Source: Camelus dromedarius
Taxonomy: Eukaryota
Assembly: GCF_036321535.1 (NCBI RefSeq)
Contig: NC_087436.1
Coordinates: forward strand, 115,508,001-115,572,000
Length of the DNA: 64,000 nt
Direction of reading: 5' to 3'
Shown here: one piece after another, positions 39,321 through 52,204 of the stretch
How positions within the stretch are numbered: position 1 is the stretch's first letter
Layout of the letters: every line of letters starts with the position of its first letter
Notes under the pieces: generated by a model
Told to the model about the DNA's origin: nothing
Database searches by the model: none
Seen by the model: the letters and a program-made list of their open reading frames with translations, nothing else
Translations under genes and position numbers: made by a program

Positions 39321-39734
39321 GCTAATCATGAGTTAAATTTCACCAAGATAGACTGTGTTAGAGGAAGTGACCGTTGGAGTCTTCTGTATTTTCTCCCAAT
39401 GTGAACTCTTACAGGCCAGCCTGCTCCAGGTTTCGGGAACAATTGGCCTGTGGATGGAAATGACTTTATCGGCCGAGGTCATTAATGAATGTGATTTCAC
39501 ATCCACTTGAGCAGGTTACTGACCTTCTTTGATCCTGTGCTCCCAGGCCTCCCTCTGGTCCTGTGATAACGTCTTCTAGAACCACACTTCTAGAAGACAT
39601 ATGTGTATATAACACGTTGACTCAGTAGTTGCAAAGCAAGCTTTAAATCAGTATTATTTTGACATAATAAAAAGTATGGATGAGTATATTTTAAGCCTTT
39701 TTATTATCAATAAATGTTTATTGACTTATCCACC

Positions 39735-39940
39735 ATATTGTTCATCCATCCATGCTCTCATATTTTAATTCACTTCAACATTTTATTGGATGCCTTGTAT
39801 GTGTCAGACATTGTTGCTGGTGCTGGCAGAGAAAAGAGAGTGAGGGGACATATGACACTGTCATCCACACGCAGCTTACACTCTAGTAAGAAAAACACGA
39901 TCACGATAAAAATATAAAAGTCAACATTGAGAAATGTTAT
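39735..39940 (-). mobile_element. LINE-2 3' end fragment
   Basis: 'ttcaacattttattggatgcc...tgtgtcagacattg...gcttacactctagt'. Confidence 0.6.
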
Positions 39941-40149
39941 TTAAGAAAAAAGCCCCATCATTATTCCTACCCCTAAGGTACAGATCAAGCACATGAAAAA
40001 GGAAAAGTAGTGATGGGGAAATTCAGGGATGGAAACAAAACAAAAATAAAACAATTTTATACTTTGACATGAAACTTTGACATGAAATACTGAATAAATG
40101 CTTAATAAAGACTATCATGCAAACATGTCTTCCTTCAAGCTTTAATGTA

Positions 40150-40385
40150 TTGTTAAAACCATAACTAATAAGTAGGAGACAGTTACTGTGTTACAGGTGC
40201 TGTGATGAGTGCTTTACATTTATTACCTTATTTAATCTTCACAACTACCCCTATTTCAAATGACAAAAGTGTAATAGTAATAATAATAAAGCTCACCAAA
40301 TGTTATGCATATTAAATGGTATAGCCAAACCTTCAGCAGGCATGTTGGACCTGAAAATACACGTTCTCAACCCTTCTGTTATACT
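40150..40385 (-). mobile_element. MIR SINE
   Basis: 'gagtgctttacatttattaccttatttaatcttcacaactacccta'. Confidence 0.7.
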
Positions 40386-40388
40386 TCC

Positions 40389-40994
40389 TATAGCAAGCAG
40401 ACTCCAAGATGGCCCACAATGAACCCAACATCCTGGTATAAATGCCTTTGTATAATCTCCAGTTGAGTGTGGGCTGGATTAATGACTTGCTTCTATCTAA
40501 TAGGGTTCAGCAAAGATGATGAGATATCATTTTGGTGACTATGTTACTTAAGACTGCAACTTCAGTCTTATTAACAGTGTCTCTCTACTGCCTTCTTGGC
40601 TTGCATGCTTAGATAATGCAAACTGTCACGTGGGAGAGAACCTTGTGTGGAAAGGAACTGAGGGTAGTCTCAGCGAACAACCAGTGAAGAATTTAATCTT
40701 TCAGTTCTTTAGCCCATGAAGAATTCAGAACTTCACTCTTACAACTCATGAATAAATGAAGGCAACCAAAAATCACGTAAGTTTGGAAGCAGGTCCTTTC
40801 CCATTCAAGCCTTTAGATGAAACCCCAGTCCTAAGCAACATCTTAACTTTAGGCCTGTGAGAAACCTCTAGGCAGAAGACTCAGCTAACCCACACCCATT
40901 TTCCTGACCCACAGAAACTGAGACAATAAACGTTTGTTGTTTTAAGCCACTAATTTTGTGTTAATTTGTTATGCAGCAGTAGGTGACTAGTATA
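40389..40994 (+). mobile_element. MLT1F-like MaLR solo LTR
   Basis: 'cagactccaagatggccc', 'ttgagtgtgggctgga', 'aaggaactgaggg' and 'cctgacccacagaaactgagacaataaac'. 5-bp TSD cttcc/ctccc. Confidence 0.85.
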
Positions 40995-41304
40995 CTCCCT
41001 CTACAGTATCAGGGACTACTTTATTTTCTGTGCGTAGAACTTCTCTGGATACGAGGCTTGAGGTACAGAGCCAGAGAAACAGGGCCTTCCCTCCTCTTCC
41101 ATGTCCTTTCTCTGGCTAATGGGAAAAAACAAACAAAACAAAACAAAACAAAAAAAGAACCAAGCTAGTAGTCTAGATTTTGGAAAACTTTTCACAAGCT
41201 ACCAAGATGAAAACTTTTTGTCAATTTTTTTCTGGACCTCTGAATATTCTTTAGGTTTGCCAAACATTACACCATTTAAAACATCCTGATTAAATCATAA
41301 TTCA

Positions 41305-41660
41305 AAGATAGTTTGATATAGTGGAAAGTGCATGGACTTTGAAAAGAAATACATCAAGGTTTGAGTCTTTTTTCTACTACCTGCCTTCTGGTCCTGTTTC
41401 CTCATTTGACAAATGAGTATAACAATATGCATTATTCTGCAAATTAAAAATAATATATGTTGGGGGGGTACAGCTCAAGTGGTAGAGCACATGCTTAGCA
41501 TGCATGAGGTCCTGGGTTCCATTCCCAGTACTTCCTCCAAAAACAAACAAATAAATAAACCTAGTTACCTCCCCTCCAACAACAACAACAAATTAAATTT
41601 AAAAAGTAAAAAAAAAAACAAAACCCAATAATATGTGCTTATAATTGTATGACACTATAT
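41305..41660 (+). mobile_element. MIR SINE interrupted by a Vic-1-like SINE
   Basis: 'tagtggaaagtgcatggactttg' and 'gtttcctcatttgacaaatg'. Confidence 0.6.
41462..41626 (+). mobile_element. tRNA-derived camelid SINE (Vic-1-like)
   Basis: GGGGGGGTACAGCTCAAGTGGTAGAGCACATGCTTAGCATGCATGAGGTCCTGGGTTC, then an A-rich tail. TSD aataatatatg/aataatatgtg. Confidence 0.92.
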
Positions 41661-42111
41661 ATTGCTCTTGCTATAGAGTGGGCCATCATATTAACTATTT
41701 CCAGTTGTGTACCTATTGTTGCCCTATCCTTCTATATTATATTTAAGTTGATTTTCTATTCCTATACTCCTCACATATCTCATTTCTGCCTTCCTGCCTG
41801 AAATGTCAGCCAGAGATTACAGTTGGGTAACTCATTCTCTTACTCTGTTAAGCATTCACTTTATGCCAGGAGTTTTCTCTCTCTTTTTTTTTATTTTTAA
41901 AAAATGTCATTAGCAGCTCATGACATTGAGACATTGTTACTTCTAGTAACGTCATTCTTAGAGGGAAAAATTGGGAGCTTAGATTGTCAATAGCATGGTG
42001 AGGATTAAAATCTAAACTCTGCCTCACAGTAGAATGTTCCTGGACAAGTCCACATTTGCATCTAGTCACTGTTAACTTTAGACCTTGAAGAGCTATATGC
42101 CCAAAATGCAT

Positions 42112-42704
42112 TGTGGTAGGCAGGATTCTAAGTGGATTTCAAAATTTCTTCCCCCTGGCATATAGTTTTGAATACTTCCTTGAAGTGGAGGAGGAACCTA
42201 TGAATTTGATGAAGGTCCCTCCTGTGATTAGGTTACCTTACATGGCAAAAGTGAAGATGTTTTACAGATGAAATTAAGGCCCCTAAATAGTTGACTTTAA
42301 TTTAAAAGGGGCTGTTATCCTGTAAAGGAGGATCAGGAAGTCAGAGATGGAAGAAGTCAGAGAGAGTTGATGCAACATACATGTTCTTCTTTGGTCATAG
42401 TGAAGAAAAATATATTTTCTTATTTTCATATTGTAGGGAAAGACATATTGCAGAGAATGGCAATAGACTACTTCAAGCTAAGGTCCTCAATCATACAATC
42501 AAAAGTAACTGAATCTTGCTAATAACCAGTGAACCTAGGAGAACTCCGGCAGACAGTCTGATTTCAGCCTGGTGAGAACCTGAGCAATAGACCGAGCCAA
42601 TAGGTGCCCGGAATCTTGACTATGGAAACTGTGAGATAAATTGTGTTGTTTTAAGCTCCAAAGTTTGTATAAATTGCCATGGAGCAACAATAACAGAGAA
42701 TAAT
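42112..42704 (+). mobile_element. MLT1E-like MaLR solo LTR
   Basis: 'tgtggtaggcaggattctaag', 'gtgattaggttaccttacatggcaaaag', 'tagttgacttt' and 'gaaactgtgagataa...tgtgttgttttaagc'. Confidence 0.85.
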
Positions 42705-43469
42705 GTTTAATTTTCCTAGAATAATGCCTTATGTAATAAATGTTTCTTTCTTGAATAACTTGAGTCATTAAACTTGTGTCACCATCCAGCTCAGGATGCT
42801 TCTTGTCATCTAACCCCAATTCTGCCAAGTCCATCTGAATCAGACCAAGTAACAAGCATTTGTTCCATCCAGTTCAATTTACATCCTTATTTGGGGCTGA
42901 CCTAGTTTAAAACTGGTCAGCAATTAAACGGTAATTTGCCTGAGTCATCATTCTTGAGTGTTCATTTCTGAAAGGAGGCTTTGTCAAAACGTCAGTCATT
43001 GTCTTCTGCTGTGCCTATAATCTGGTGGCTCTCCAGTTCTTGCTGAATAAGGAGCTAAATATGCGTTTCTATTTTTGCTACTGATTAAATGTGTATGACA
43101 TAGCGGAGTTGAGAAGAGCAGGCCTACCAGTGTCCTTGTCCCCTTTGTGGTGCTTGCTGTAAACCAGAAGTAGAGTGAGACTAGGTTCATTACATCCCAG
43201 CTGCTCATTTTAAATATTAACAAAAAATTCTGGGAGCCAAGGGGAGTAACAGTCACATAACTGAATTTTATAGCACATGAGATCCTCATGGCCAAGAGAG
43301 AAGCAAAAGACAGTGTGGGAAAAGGACCCTGTAGCATTGGGAGTAAGAGAACTTACGGGAAATAAGTTATAATTCTTAAAAGACATTTGACCTTGGCAAA
43401 AAAATTTAAGCCACCTGAGCTTCAAGTTCCTCATTTGTCCTTAACAAATCCCTTTGTTCCTTCTCTTCA

Positions 43470-44210
43470 TATCAGAAATCGCCTGAATAAATGAGTGTTT
43501 CTATTATTCTCCATCAAGTCCCCTTTTATCCATCCCATTCTCTTTATCTCCACTTCTTTTTAATTTCTTCTGACCAAAATAATTTTAACTGGACTGTTTA
43601 AGCAATCTCATCTTGTCCATTTTTTAACTGTTCCAGCTTTTCTTTTGTACGGATGCCAGGGTCATCTCATCCACTTATGTTCCTGTAGGTGATGAATCTC
43701 TCTTCCTCAACCACCCCCTCAGTTGTTCTCCAAGTTCCCCACTTTCTATGAGACTCGTTACTGCAATCCCTTGGTATCTCACAAAAGGTGAATGATGACA
43801 TCGTCTCTCTGCCTGACCTAAAATCCAAAGGCATCTTATGTTCAAGCTACAGAGGACTACTGATAATTTCAAAATAGGTGTCCCTGCCCATGCCTGCTTT
43901 CATGGGGCCTTCCTCTACTCATGTCTCAAAGACCCAGCTGGGAGGAGTGCTCTTAGAAAAGTCTTCTCCCTCACATGTTAGATGAAGTAGATGCTCTTCC
44001 ACCTGTGGTCCCTTGGCACTTTACTTACACACCTGCCATGACACCAGTGCAGTTGGTCTTAAGCAAGGCTGCCTCCCATGCCGAACTGGGAGTACTGGGA
44101 AAACACATTGTTTATTTTGCTAGGCCTTTATATTTTTATGGAATCGTACATGTTCCTGGTGAGCTCAGTAAATGTGCATTAATGAATAATAGTTGAATGA
44201 ATGCATGGAT
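43470..44210 (+). mobile_element. Decayed LINE-2 3' region
   Basis: 'cctaaaatccaaa' and the terminus 'gagctcagtaaatgtg...gttgaatgaatg'. Confidence 0.5.
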
Positions 44211-44214
44211 GGGG

Positions 44215-44420
44215 TAATGACAGTAATAAGTAACTTTTATTGGTTATTTACTAATTGTTGTTGCCTTAAGAGCTTTGTATGGATTAAGCCCTTTGATTCT
44301 TACACTAGTTCTTCATGGTAGAAATCATCACATTCTCCATGTTGTAGATGGTTAAACCTAAGTTTATGGAGGTTAGTGTTTCTTCTAAGGGCAAACATCT
44401 AGTAAGGGAACTGCATTCAG
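44215..44420 (-). mobile_element. MIR SINE
   Basis: 'taagagctttgtatggatta...tttgattcttaca...ccatgttgtagatgg'. Confidence 0.6.
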
Positions 44421-44438
44421 TGAATGTCACAGAGCTTT

Positions 44439-44622
44439 TATTTATTAATTTTATTTTTTAAATTTTTTTTCAGGTCTGCTGTAATTGTAAATTTAATTTT
44501 TTTCTTTATTTCCTTTTTATTTTTTATTGAAGTGTAGTTGATTTACAATGTTAGTTTCAGATCTACAGCAAAGCAATTCAGTTATACAAATATAAACTTT
44601 ATTCAGTTCTTTTTTCCACTAT
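44439..44622 (-). mobile_element. Short L1 3' end with a double tail (probable 3' transduction)
   Basis: 'ttattgaagtgtagttgatttacaatgttagtttcag'. Two T-rich tracts are separated by 'caggtctgctgtaattgtaaa'. TSD agcttt. Confidence 0.7.
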
Positions 44623-47010
44623 AGCTTTCATATTTTAAATGTCTTTATCTTCATTCATTATTAGAAGGCAAATTATACCAACAAGTATTATAGTAGTTGT
44701 GTGTTCTGAGAATTACAATTCTCAAAGGAGATCATCCTAAATAGTAACTTTCATTGTAGAACACTTTTGATGCCAAAAAAGTAGGATATTTGGGGGTAAG
44801 TCAGTAGATATTGAAAGGTGCTTTGGAATGAAAGGGATTTTAAATGAATGACACAAACTCATTTTCCTATATTTTAAGATTTGACAGCTATAAAATGGAG
44901 GCTTCTAAAATTATAGAATCTTTTGGGTTTTCATTATAACCTTTCTGCATTTATTATAAACTCTCTCAACATAAAATGCAGTCATATTTTACAAATCCAT
45001 GCACATTACTTTCTTGAAAGACTTGCTGATTTAGGAGAGTTGAAAGATAGCTATAATTTATACCATCTAGTGTTTCAGACCAGGTAATACCTTTGTAAAA
45101 AACTGTCTTAAAATTGAAAATCTCAAGTTCAACAAATTATGTGTGCGGTTATTGAAGTTACTGGATGTCCTTTAACCATACTGTGTCATCTGTATTTTTT
45201 ATGATGGAGTTTTTTGACATTTATCAGCAGGCCCTGCACATTTGAGTTTTTTCTATGACTCAGTGAACAGCCACACCTTGTCCTTTCAGATTCCTTCTGT
45301 TCAAGAGATAACAGAGGACAAACCACTAAAATGGAAGGAAGGAAACCAGACAGATGTATTCATAAACTAAATCTACTCCTTTGCCGGCCAAGCACCGTAT
45401 TTTTACCCAGGTGAGTTAACTTGTTATGGGTGTCCTTTATTCTTAGCAGTCCGTGAGAAACCTGGCATCTGAATTTGCTTCTGTGAGAGTATCTGTTTTA
45501 GAAATTATGTTCTTCCTTTTGAGTTTTTTTTGAGGGGGAGGAGAAAGAAAACTATAAAATAAAAGGGAGAAGGAAGATGAAGTTGATAGTAGAAAAGTTG
45601 CTGATCAAAGTAATTGCCTTTAAAATTTTTTGATTTGACTGTAAGAGGGAAAATATTGAGATTGAGTGGAAATTCTTTTAAAACTAAGACAGTCTTTTCC
45701 TGTGTTCTAAACTATAGCTAAAAAAGACAAAGCTAAAGCTGTTTAACTCTGTTAAGCTATTAAACTGCTGAAGGTGTTTAACTCTGTGCATTGGGGAGTG
45801 AGTTAGCAAGATAAGTCTTGGTGTACACTATGATTTTCCCCAGGATTCATACACATCACCAACTACCTTATGATCATGAATCATTTAAGGTTCTCTGAGA
45901 TCCTGGAGCCGTGATTGAGACTGGAAGGTGGGTTATGTGTATTTCCACTTCCTGTGGCATTAAATCTTTCTCACCATGATTAATGTCATTAAATGTATTT
46001 CTTTGAATAGTGGAAGGGTGGCAGCCCACAAATAATGTTTAGAGATTGACTATGACAGAAGTCTGTGATTCCAGCATTGAAAGGGGAGCTGACCCAGACT
46101 AGAGAAAGGCCAGGAGGTGGGACAGAAACAGAATCATGATGCTTCAAAGTGAATCAGAAAAACAGGTTGAGAAGGAATTACTAGTTAAGGGAGCAGTGTG
46201 GGCAAAGGACCCCGGGTGGGGAAAAGCGGCAATTTACTCAGAGAAGGAATGGGTGAAGGTGGGAGAGATACTGCTGGGAAGATCTAAGGGCCAGATGATG
46301 GAAACCCTAGCAGACCAAGCCCTGCATAAACACTGATCTGACACCACCAGTAACAGTCTGAAAGTTATCTGATGCCCACCATGCATTTCACACAAAGATT
46401 TAAGAAAGTGATCCCAACAAAAGGGAGAGAGGAGGGCACTCTCTGTAGTTACCTTGACATGAATAAACAGCCATTTCCTCCGTGAGGGTAGAATTCATCA
46501 CAGGCACCAAGAGGACAGAATTCAACATTCTGTCTTTGAACAACCCAAGGTAGCTTCTTTTGGAACCTATACAAAGCTTCTCCCCAGGGATATGTGACGA
46601 TTTTTAAGACTTTTAACTTTGGCCAGAAAATAGAAAATTTATAATGATAAAATGGCTTAGCTACCACAAACACTTGATTTGGCCCAAATGTCTACCCCTG
46701 AGAAGCACAAAGTGTAAATACAGTTTCCTAACAAAGCTTGGTGCAGCCGAATGATGCGTTAAGAACAAATAACAGCAGTGCTACGTTTTTAAACAGAGAA
46801 TCTAAAGGCATGAGAACCCGGAAGAGGTCAGTTCACTCAGCCCAACAAATGATACTGAAATTTCATTAGCTCCCAAATGACACTTGCTGAGTTGTCGAGT
46901 ACATTTTGCTTGGAAACTCTACTTAGAGTAAGTCAGTTTTCCTAGCCAATTCTTCCTGTTTTTGTGGAATATGCAATGGTGATAATAATGTCTGAAGCAA
47001 AGTTAGTCTT

Positions 47011-47982
47011 TTTTTTTAAACTTTTTTTTATTGAGTTATAGTCAGTTTACAATGTTGTGTCAATTTCCAGTGGAGAGCACAATCTTTCAGTTATACATGA
47101 ACATACACATATTCATTGTCACATTCTTTTTTGCTGTGAGCTACCACAAGATCTTGTTTATATTTCCCTGTGCTATACAGTATGATCTTGTTTATCTATT
47201 CTACATATGTCTGTCAGTATCTACAAATTTTGAACTCCCAGTCTGTCCCTTCCCACCCCCAGTCCCGTGGCAACCACAAGTTTGTATTCTATGTCTATGA
47301 GTCTGCTTCTGTTTTGTATTTACATTCTTCTCTTTTTTTTAGATTCCACATATGAGCGATCTCATATGGTATTTTTTTTTTCTCTTTCTGGCTTACTTCA
47401 CTTAGAATGACATTCTCCAGGGACATCCATGTTGCTGCAAATGGCATTATGTTATCTTTTTTATGGCAGAATAGTATTCCATTGTATAAATATACTACAT
47501 CTTCTTTATCCAGTCATGTGTCGATGGACATTTAGGCTGTTTCCATGTCTTGGTTATTGTAAATAGTGCTGCAAGGCAATCTACAGATTTAATGCAATCC
47601 CTATCAAATTACCCAGGACATATTTCACAGACCTAGAACAAATCATAATAAAATTTATATGGAACCACAAAAGACCTAGAATTGCCAAAGCATTACTGAA
47701 GAGAAAGAAAGAGGCTGGAGGAATAACTCTCCCAGACTTCAGACAATACTACAGAGCTACAGTAATCAAAACTGCATGGTATTGGTACAAAAACAGACAT
47801 ATTGACCAATGGAACTGAATAGAAAGCCCAGAAGTGAACCCACAAACTTCTGGTCAATTAATCTTCGACAAAGGAGGCAAGAATATGCAATGGAATAAAG
47901 ACATCTCTTCAGCAAATGGTGTTGGGAAAACTGGACAGGAGCATGTAAATCAGTGAAGCTGGAACACTCCCTTATACTATAC
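47011..47982 (-). mobile_element. Young camelid L1, 5'-inverted (twin-primed)
   Basis: Antisense 3' end at 47011-47572 plus a sense ORF2 piece at 47573-47982 ([23 protein letters not shown]...[23 protein letters not shown]). Perfect 14-bp TSD gcaaagttagtctt at 46997-47010 and 47983-47996. Confidence 0.95.
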
Positions 47983-48479
47983 GCAAAGTTAGTCTTACCT
48001 CCCCCAACTCTACCTGAAATTTCTGTCCCGGGGTCATATAAAATTTCTTTCCCATGTGGTAGCTAACCTGATAGACTCAGACTTATTTCCATTTACCTCC
48101 AGTTAACAGACTCCCTGGATTAACTGAAGGTCTTCCCTCCTTCTGGAATTTATACTGGCTGATGCCCACTGCATACTGAATGTTCCTAGACACTCCACCA
48201 TGCACTTCTCATGCCAGCCTTTGTGTAACCTTATGAAGAGCCAAGGGTTTGTATTTCGAAACTTGTTGACATTAAGTGTACCTGTTGTTGTAGTCATGTA
48301 ATTTAATTACTAACTGGATGCAAAAAAGAGCTGAGTTGTTTGGTAAGACTAATAAAAGATGAGATACTACAAAGAAATAGTAAATTATGTGCGGGTGAAA
48401 AAGCTTTAAAATAGGGAAATTTTTCTAAGTTCTTTCTACTCCTAAAGAAAATAAACTGACAATCAAGAGGCATGCAATT

Positions 48480-49300
48480 GTGTAAAAGATACGAGGCAAA
48501 GCCCCTTGGTTCTGCACCCATAGTCCCTCGGCACTTGCTACCTCAATGCACACCAGACAAACCTTCCGGGGTAGCATTTGCTCTTCTTGGTTTAAAGTCT
48601 TTTGCCTCCAGAGCCCTTTCTGTCCACCGGCCTAAGAGGCCAGAAATTGTTCAGAATTAACATCCCTGGAAATAGTCCTAAACAAATGATTGAAAGAAGT
48701 GTTGTATAAATACCCCAGTCCATAGTCCCGTTAGAGGAGCATCTCTGAAAAGCATGTTCTCTATTGATGCCAAATGTCCCCAGTTCCTCAAATTTTGCCG
48801 TGATAACTTACCTCTACTAACCCTTTCCTGGCTGCCTCCTCTTACTTGTTTCTTACATCTGCTTTCCTACCCCTGTTTCCTGGAATCACTTTCCAATAAA
48901 CCACGTATATTTAAATTCTTGTCTCTGAATTTGCTTCTGGTGGTGTCTTAATCAGCTCGGGCCACCAAACAAAATGTTATAGATTGGGTGGCTTCATCAA
49001 CAGAAATGTGTTTTCTAACAATTCTGGAGGTTGGACGTCTAAGACCTGATGAAGGCTCTCCTTCTGTCTTTCAGACAGCCGACTTCTCCCTGTGTCCTCG
49101 CATGGCCGAGAGGGGGAGATTTCTGATCTCTGTCTGATGATACCCAGCCCTCGTGACCACCTTTGACACTAATTACTTCCCAAAGGCGTCATCTCCATGT
49201 GCCTCCACACTGAGGGGTTAGGGCTTCAACATATGAATGTGGGTGAGGGGTGGGAGACACACAATTCATTCTGTAGCTAGTGAGAACCAAAACTAAGACA
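48480..49300 (+). mobile_element. LTR16-like ERVL LTR with a nested MLT1A
   Basis: 'gtataaatacccag' and 'tttcctggaatcactttccaataaaccac...gcttctgg'. The terminal 'aaccaaaactaagaca' is displaced to 49284-49300. Confidence 0.65.
48944..49278 (-). mobile_element. MLT1A-like MaLR solo LTR
   Basis: 'tgtcttaatcagctcggg...gggtggctt...aacagaaat...ttctggagg...ttagggcttcaacatatgaat...gacacacaattca'. Confidence 0.85.
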
Positions 49301-49659
49301 AAACATAATATGGAACTACAGTCTAGATGTGTATTTAAAGGCAAAACCATGCTGCAAGTTAAAAAGATTATTAAATAACTGGATATTTTTATCTTTTTAA
49401 TTAAAATAAACTTTAGGGTATATGTATAACCTAAGTGACTTGCAATCTTAACTACTTTGAAGACAGTCATCACATTGTGACCAAAGCTTCTGATTCCTTA
49501 TTTAAAAATAGATGTTTTTCTATGTTTTAGGCACTTTTGGGGGGCCAATTTTTGTGTTATTCTGTCACTCTGCAATATGACTAGATTGAAAAGAATGTGA
49601 GATATTTAAAATATGCAAAATTATTGAATTAATGTAATGGATTGAGGCACATCAATAAG

Positions 49660-51170
49660 GTAAAACTTTTTTTGTAAACATTTTCATTCCAACCAATGAT
49701 ATGAGTTTCCATTTCTCTATGTCCTTGCTAAAATATCTTGTTAAATATATTAACAAATTAATTTTTGTTAATTTGTTAGTGTGAGGTGGTATCTTACTTA
49801 TTTAAACTCTGAATTTTGCTGATTACAAGTGAAAATGAGCATTTCTTCATTTTTTTAATTCATAGTTTCTCCTCTGTAAATTGATCAGCTTTGTGATGTT
49901 TCTATTAGGATATTTGTCTTTCTAATTTTGATACATATGAGTATCATATTTAATAGCTATAAAACATATTAGATTCAATCCTTTGTTGGTTACATGTCTC
50001 ATCTAGGGTGTGACTTTCCATTGTATTTATTTTACCTTTTGTTGTTTAAATTTTTTTTTAATTTAATGTAACCAAATGTATTAATCCTGGTGAAGCATTT
50101 TGCTTTTCGTGTTCTGTTTAAGAATTTATCCCCCCGTGCCTAGGTTATAAAAATACGTTTCATACTAAACTTTTTTAGTTTTCTTTTCACATTTAAGTTT
50201 TTAATCAAGCTGAGATTAACTCATGTACGGAATAACGAGGGATCTAATTATATATTTTTTTCCTTAGGGAGAATCTGTTATTCTAGTACCATCTATATAA
50301 TGGTGTATGTTTCCCAGATGATTTGTTTTGTCATTTCTGTCATTATGTAGCTCCTGTCATAGGTATAGTTCATTTTATTTTTATTTATTATTTATTTTGC
50401 CTTGGCCTGTTTCTGGGCTTATTATTTTATTCCATAGATCTGTTTCTTAATATTTGCATGTACATTCTGCAGTATTTACATGTGCTATGGTATATTTTAT
50501 TTCTATTTTTAACTTGTTTTGATTTGATTTTGTTTTGATGGGTAATTATTTATTTATTGATATTAGCTAGTAAATACATACCAGTCTCGCCTGTTTGAGT
50601 TTCCTTATTTTTGAGTCATGTTTGATGAGATGTTTTTTCTAGATCCTTTGGATCTAAATTTCCCAAAGCATTATACAATTAGTCATGATTTTTAAAAATT
50701 TGTTATATGTATCTCAATTTTGTCCTTATATTCATAATTGATGTCTTATCATTTTGAATAATCAAGCCTGCCACAGGCATTTATTTTCAAAGAACTAGCT
50801 ATTGATGTATTGATTCTTTTTATCATTTTAAAAAATTTCCACTAATTTTGCTAATATATATTATTTTCCTTAGATTATCGATGTGTTTCACTCATTATGC
50901 TATTAATATTTTAAGTGGATTTCTTAAATCATTAATTTTCTACACTTTCTCTTTTCGAAAATTTGCATTAGGACTACAGATTTCCCCCTAAGTAATATTT
51001 TAATTGCATCCCACAAGTTAGATATATATTGCTTTCACTGTTAGTTTGAAACATTCTAATTTTTATGGTGATATATTATTTCACACATAATTGTTTTAAG
51101 TTCTTGTGATATTTGTTTTAAATTTCCAAACTTTACAATTTAAGACTTTATTTTGAGTGGACTCAATATT
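49660..51170 (-). mobile_element. Ancient L1M fragments
   Basis: 'ttcattccaaccaa', 'gtgtgaggtggtatct' and 'taattgcatcccacaagtt'. Confidence 0.65.
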
Positions 51171-51899
51171 CTATTTGGCAGGAATACTTTCTAAGGAGTA
51201 AATAGATTCTTCAGATGTGTTCAGTTTAGCTCAGTGTAGAGTAACAGCAGTGTTGCCCCTTCCTTTGTTCCGCATGTCATGGACTCTTTTTAGCTGATTG
51301 ATTGATTAATCAGTATAATTTACTCCTGTTATCTTTCTAATCTATGGGCTAGGTTTTTAGATTTTGTTGCAGTTAAGCCTTCCTTGCTAAGTACTTTCTG
51401 TAAGTTATGAAAAAGTCATACATTTTTCTTACATTTTCCGTTAGTCAAAGTTACTTCAAAATCATTTGGATTTTTAGTTAAACTCACAGCGTTGAAAGAG
51501 TGCTATTAAAATATTCAAATTCTTTATTTGCAACCTGAGTCTCTGGAAACTCTTACTGTCTTCATTCTTTAACACTTACCAATGGATTAAATAAAATTTA
51601 ATTTTTAATTCAATAATGACTTTAATATTTGGTTTGAAGAGTTTTTAAGACTCCTATAATAATCTAGTTTATGTTTGTAAGATTAAAAAAAAATGAACAA
51701 ATTAAACAGAGTAGAATCTTTTAAAAGACAGCCTTCCCACTACCTAATGTAAACACTAACATATATACATAAATGATGTGACCCTTGTTGGATACCCAGT
51801 AAAAATCCTCATTGGATACACAAATATGTCAACCAAAAATTAAACAAAATGATCTAGTCAGCTGAATGGTGAAAGTAGAATTATGACTCAGTTTAAAAC

Positions 51900-52190
51900 A
51901 TGCTTAATTAGTGTTTGCAATATGCCAATTTCTAATTCAAGTATTGTAATTACCAAAACAGAAAGATAAATCAAACATGGTTCCCTTACTTCGGGTTCAG
52001 GCTAGTGGGGAAGAAAGAGAGAAAAAGCATCAGTAAGTAATGTTCCTTATTCAGATGTGCTATGAAAATGCAGAAGAGAACAAGGTAACTGACTTTCAAG
52101 GTGCATGTGAAGTGGGAATAGATATTAAGGGGAAGGCTTTTGAGAAGGTGTTATACATGTAACTTAAAAAGAAATGAGTGGTATTGTTCT
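51900..52190 (-). mobile_element. LINE-2 fragment
   Basis: 'aaacatggttcccttact...ctagtggggaag' and 'gggaaggcttttgagaaggtg'. Confidence 0.55.
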
Positions 52191-52204
52191 AGTGAAAATA
52201 GTGG

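Noticed and set aside
40061..40088. Short tandem duplications (actttgacatgaa x2; also gtcatttgaaa x2 at ~19370)
   Set aside because: Ordinary slippage duplications with no array or spacer structure, so not CRISPR-like.
41462..41535. tRNA-like sequence (also at ~27675-27750 and ~54856-54932)
   Set aside because: A-rich tails, a TSD and imperfect stems show these are SINE heads, not tRNA genes.
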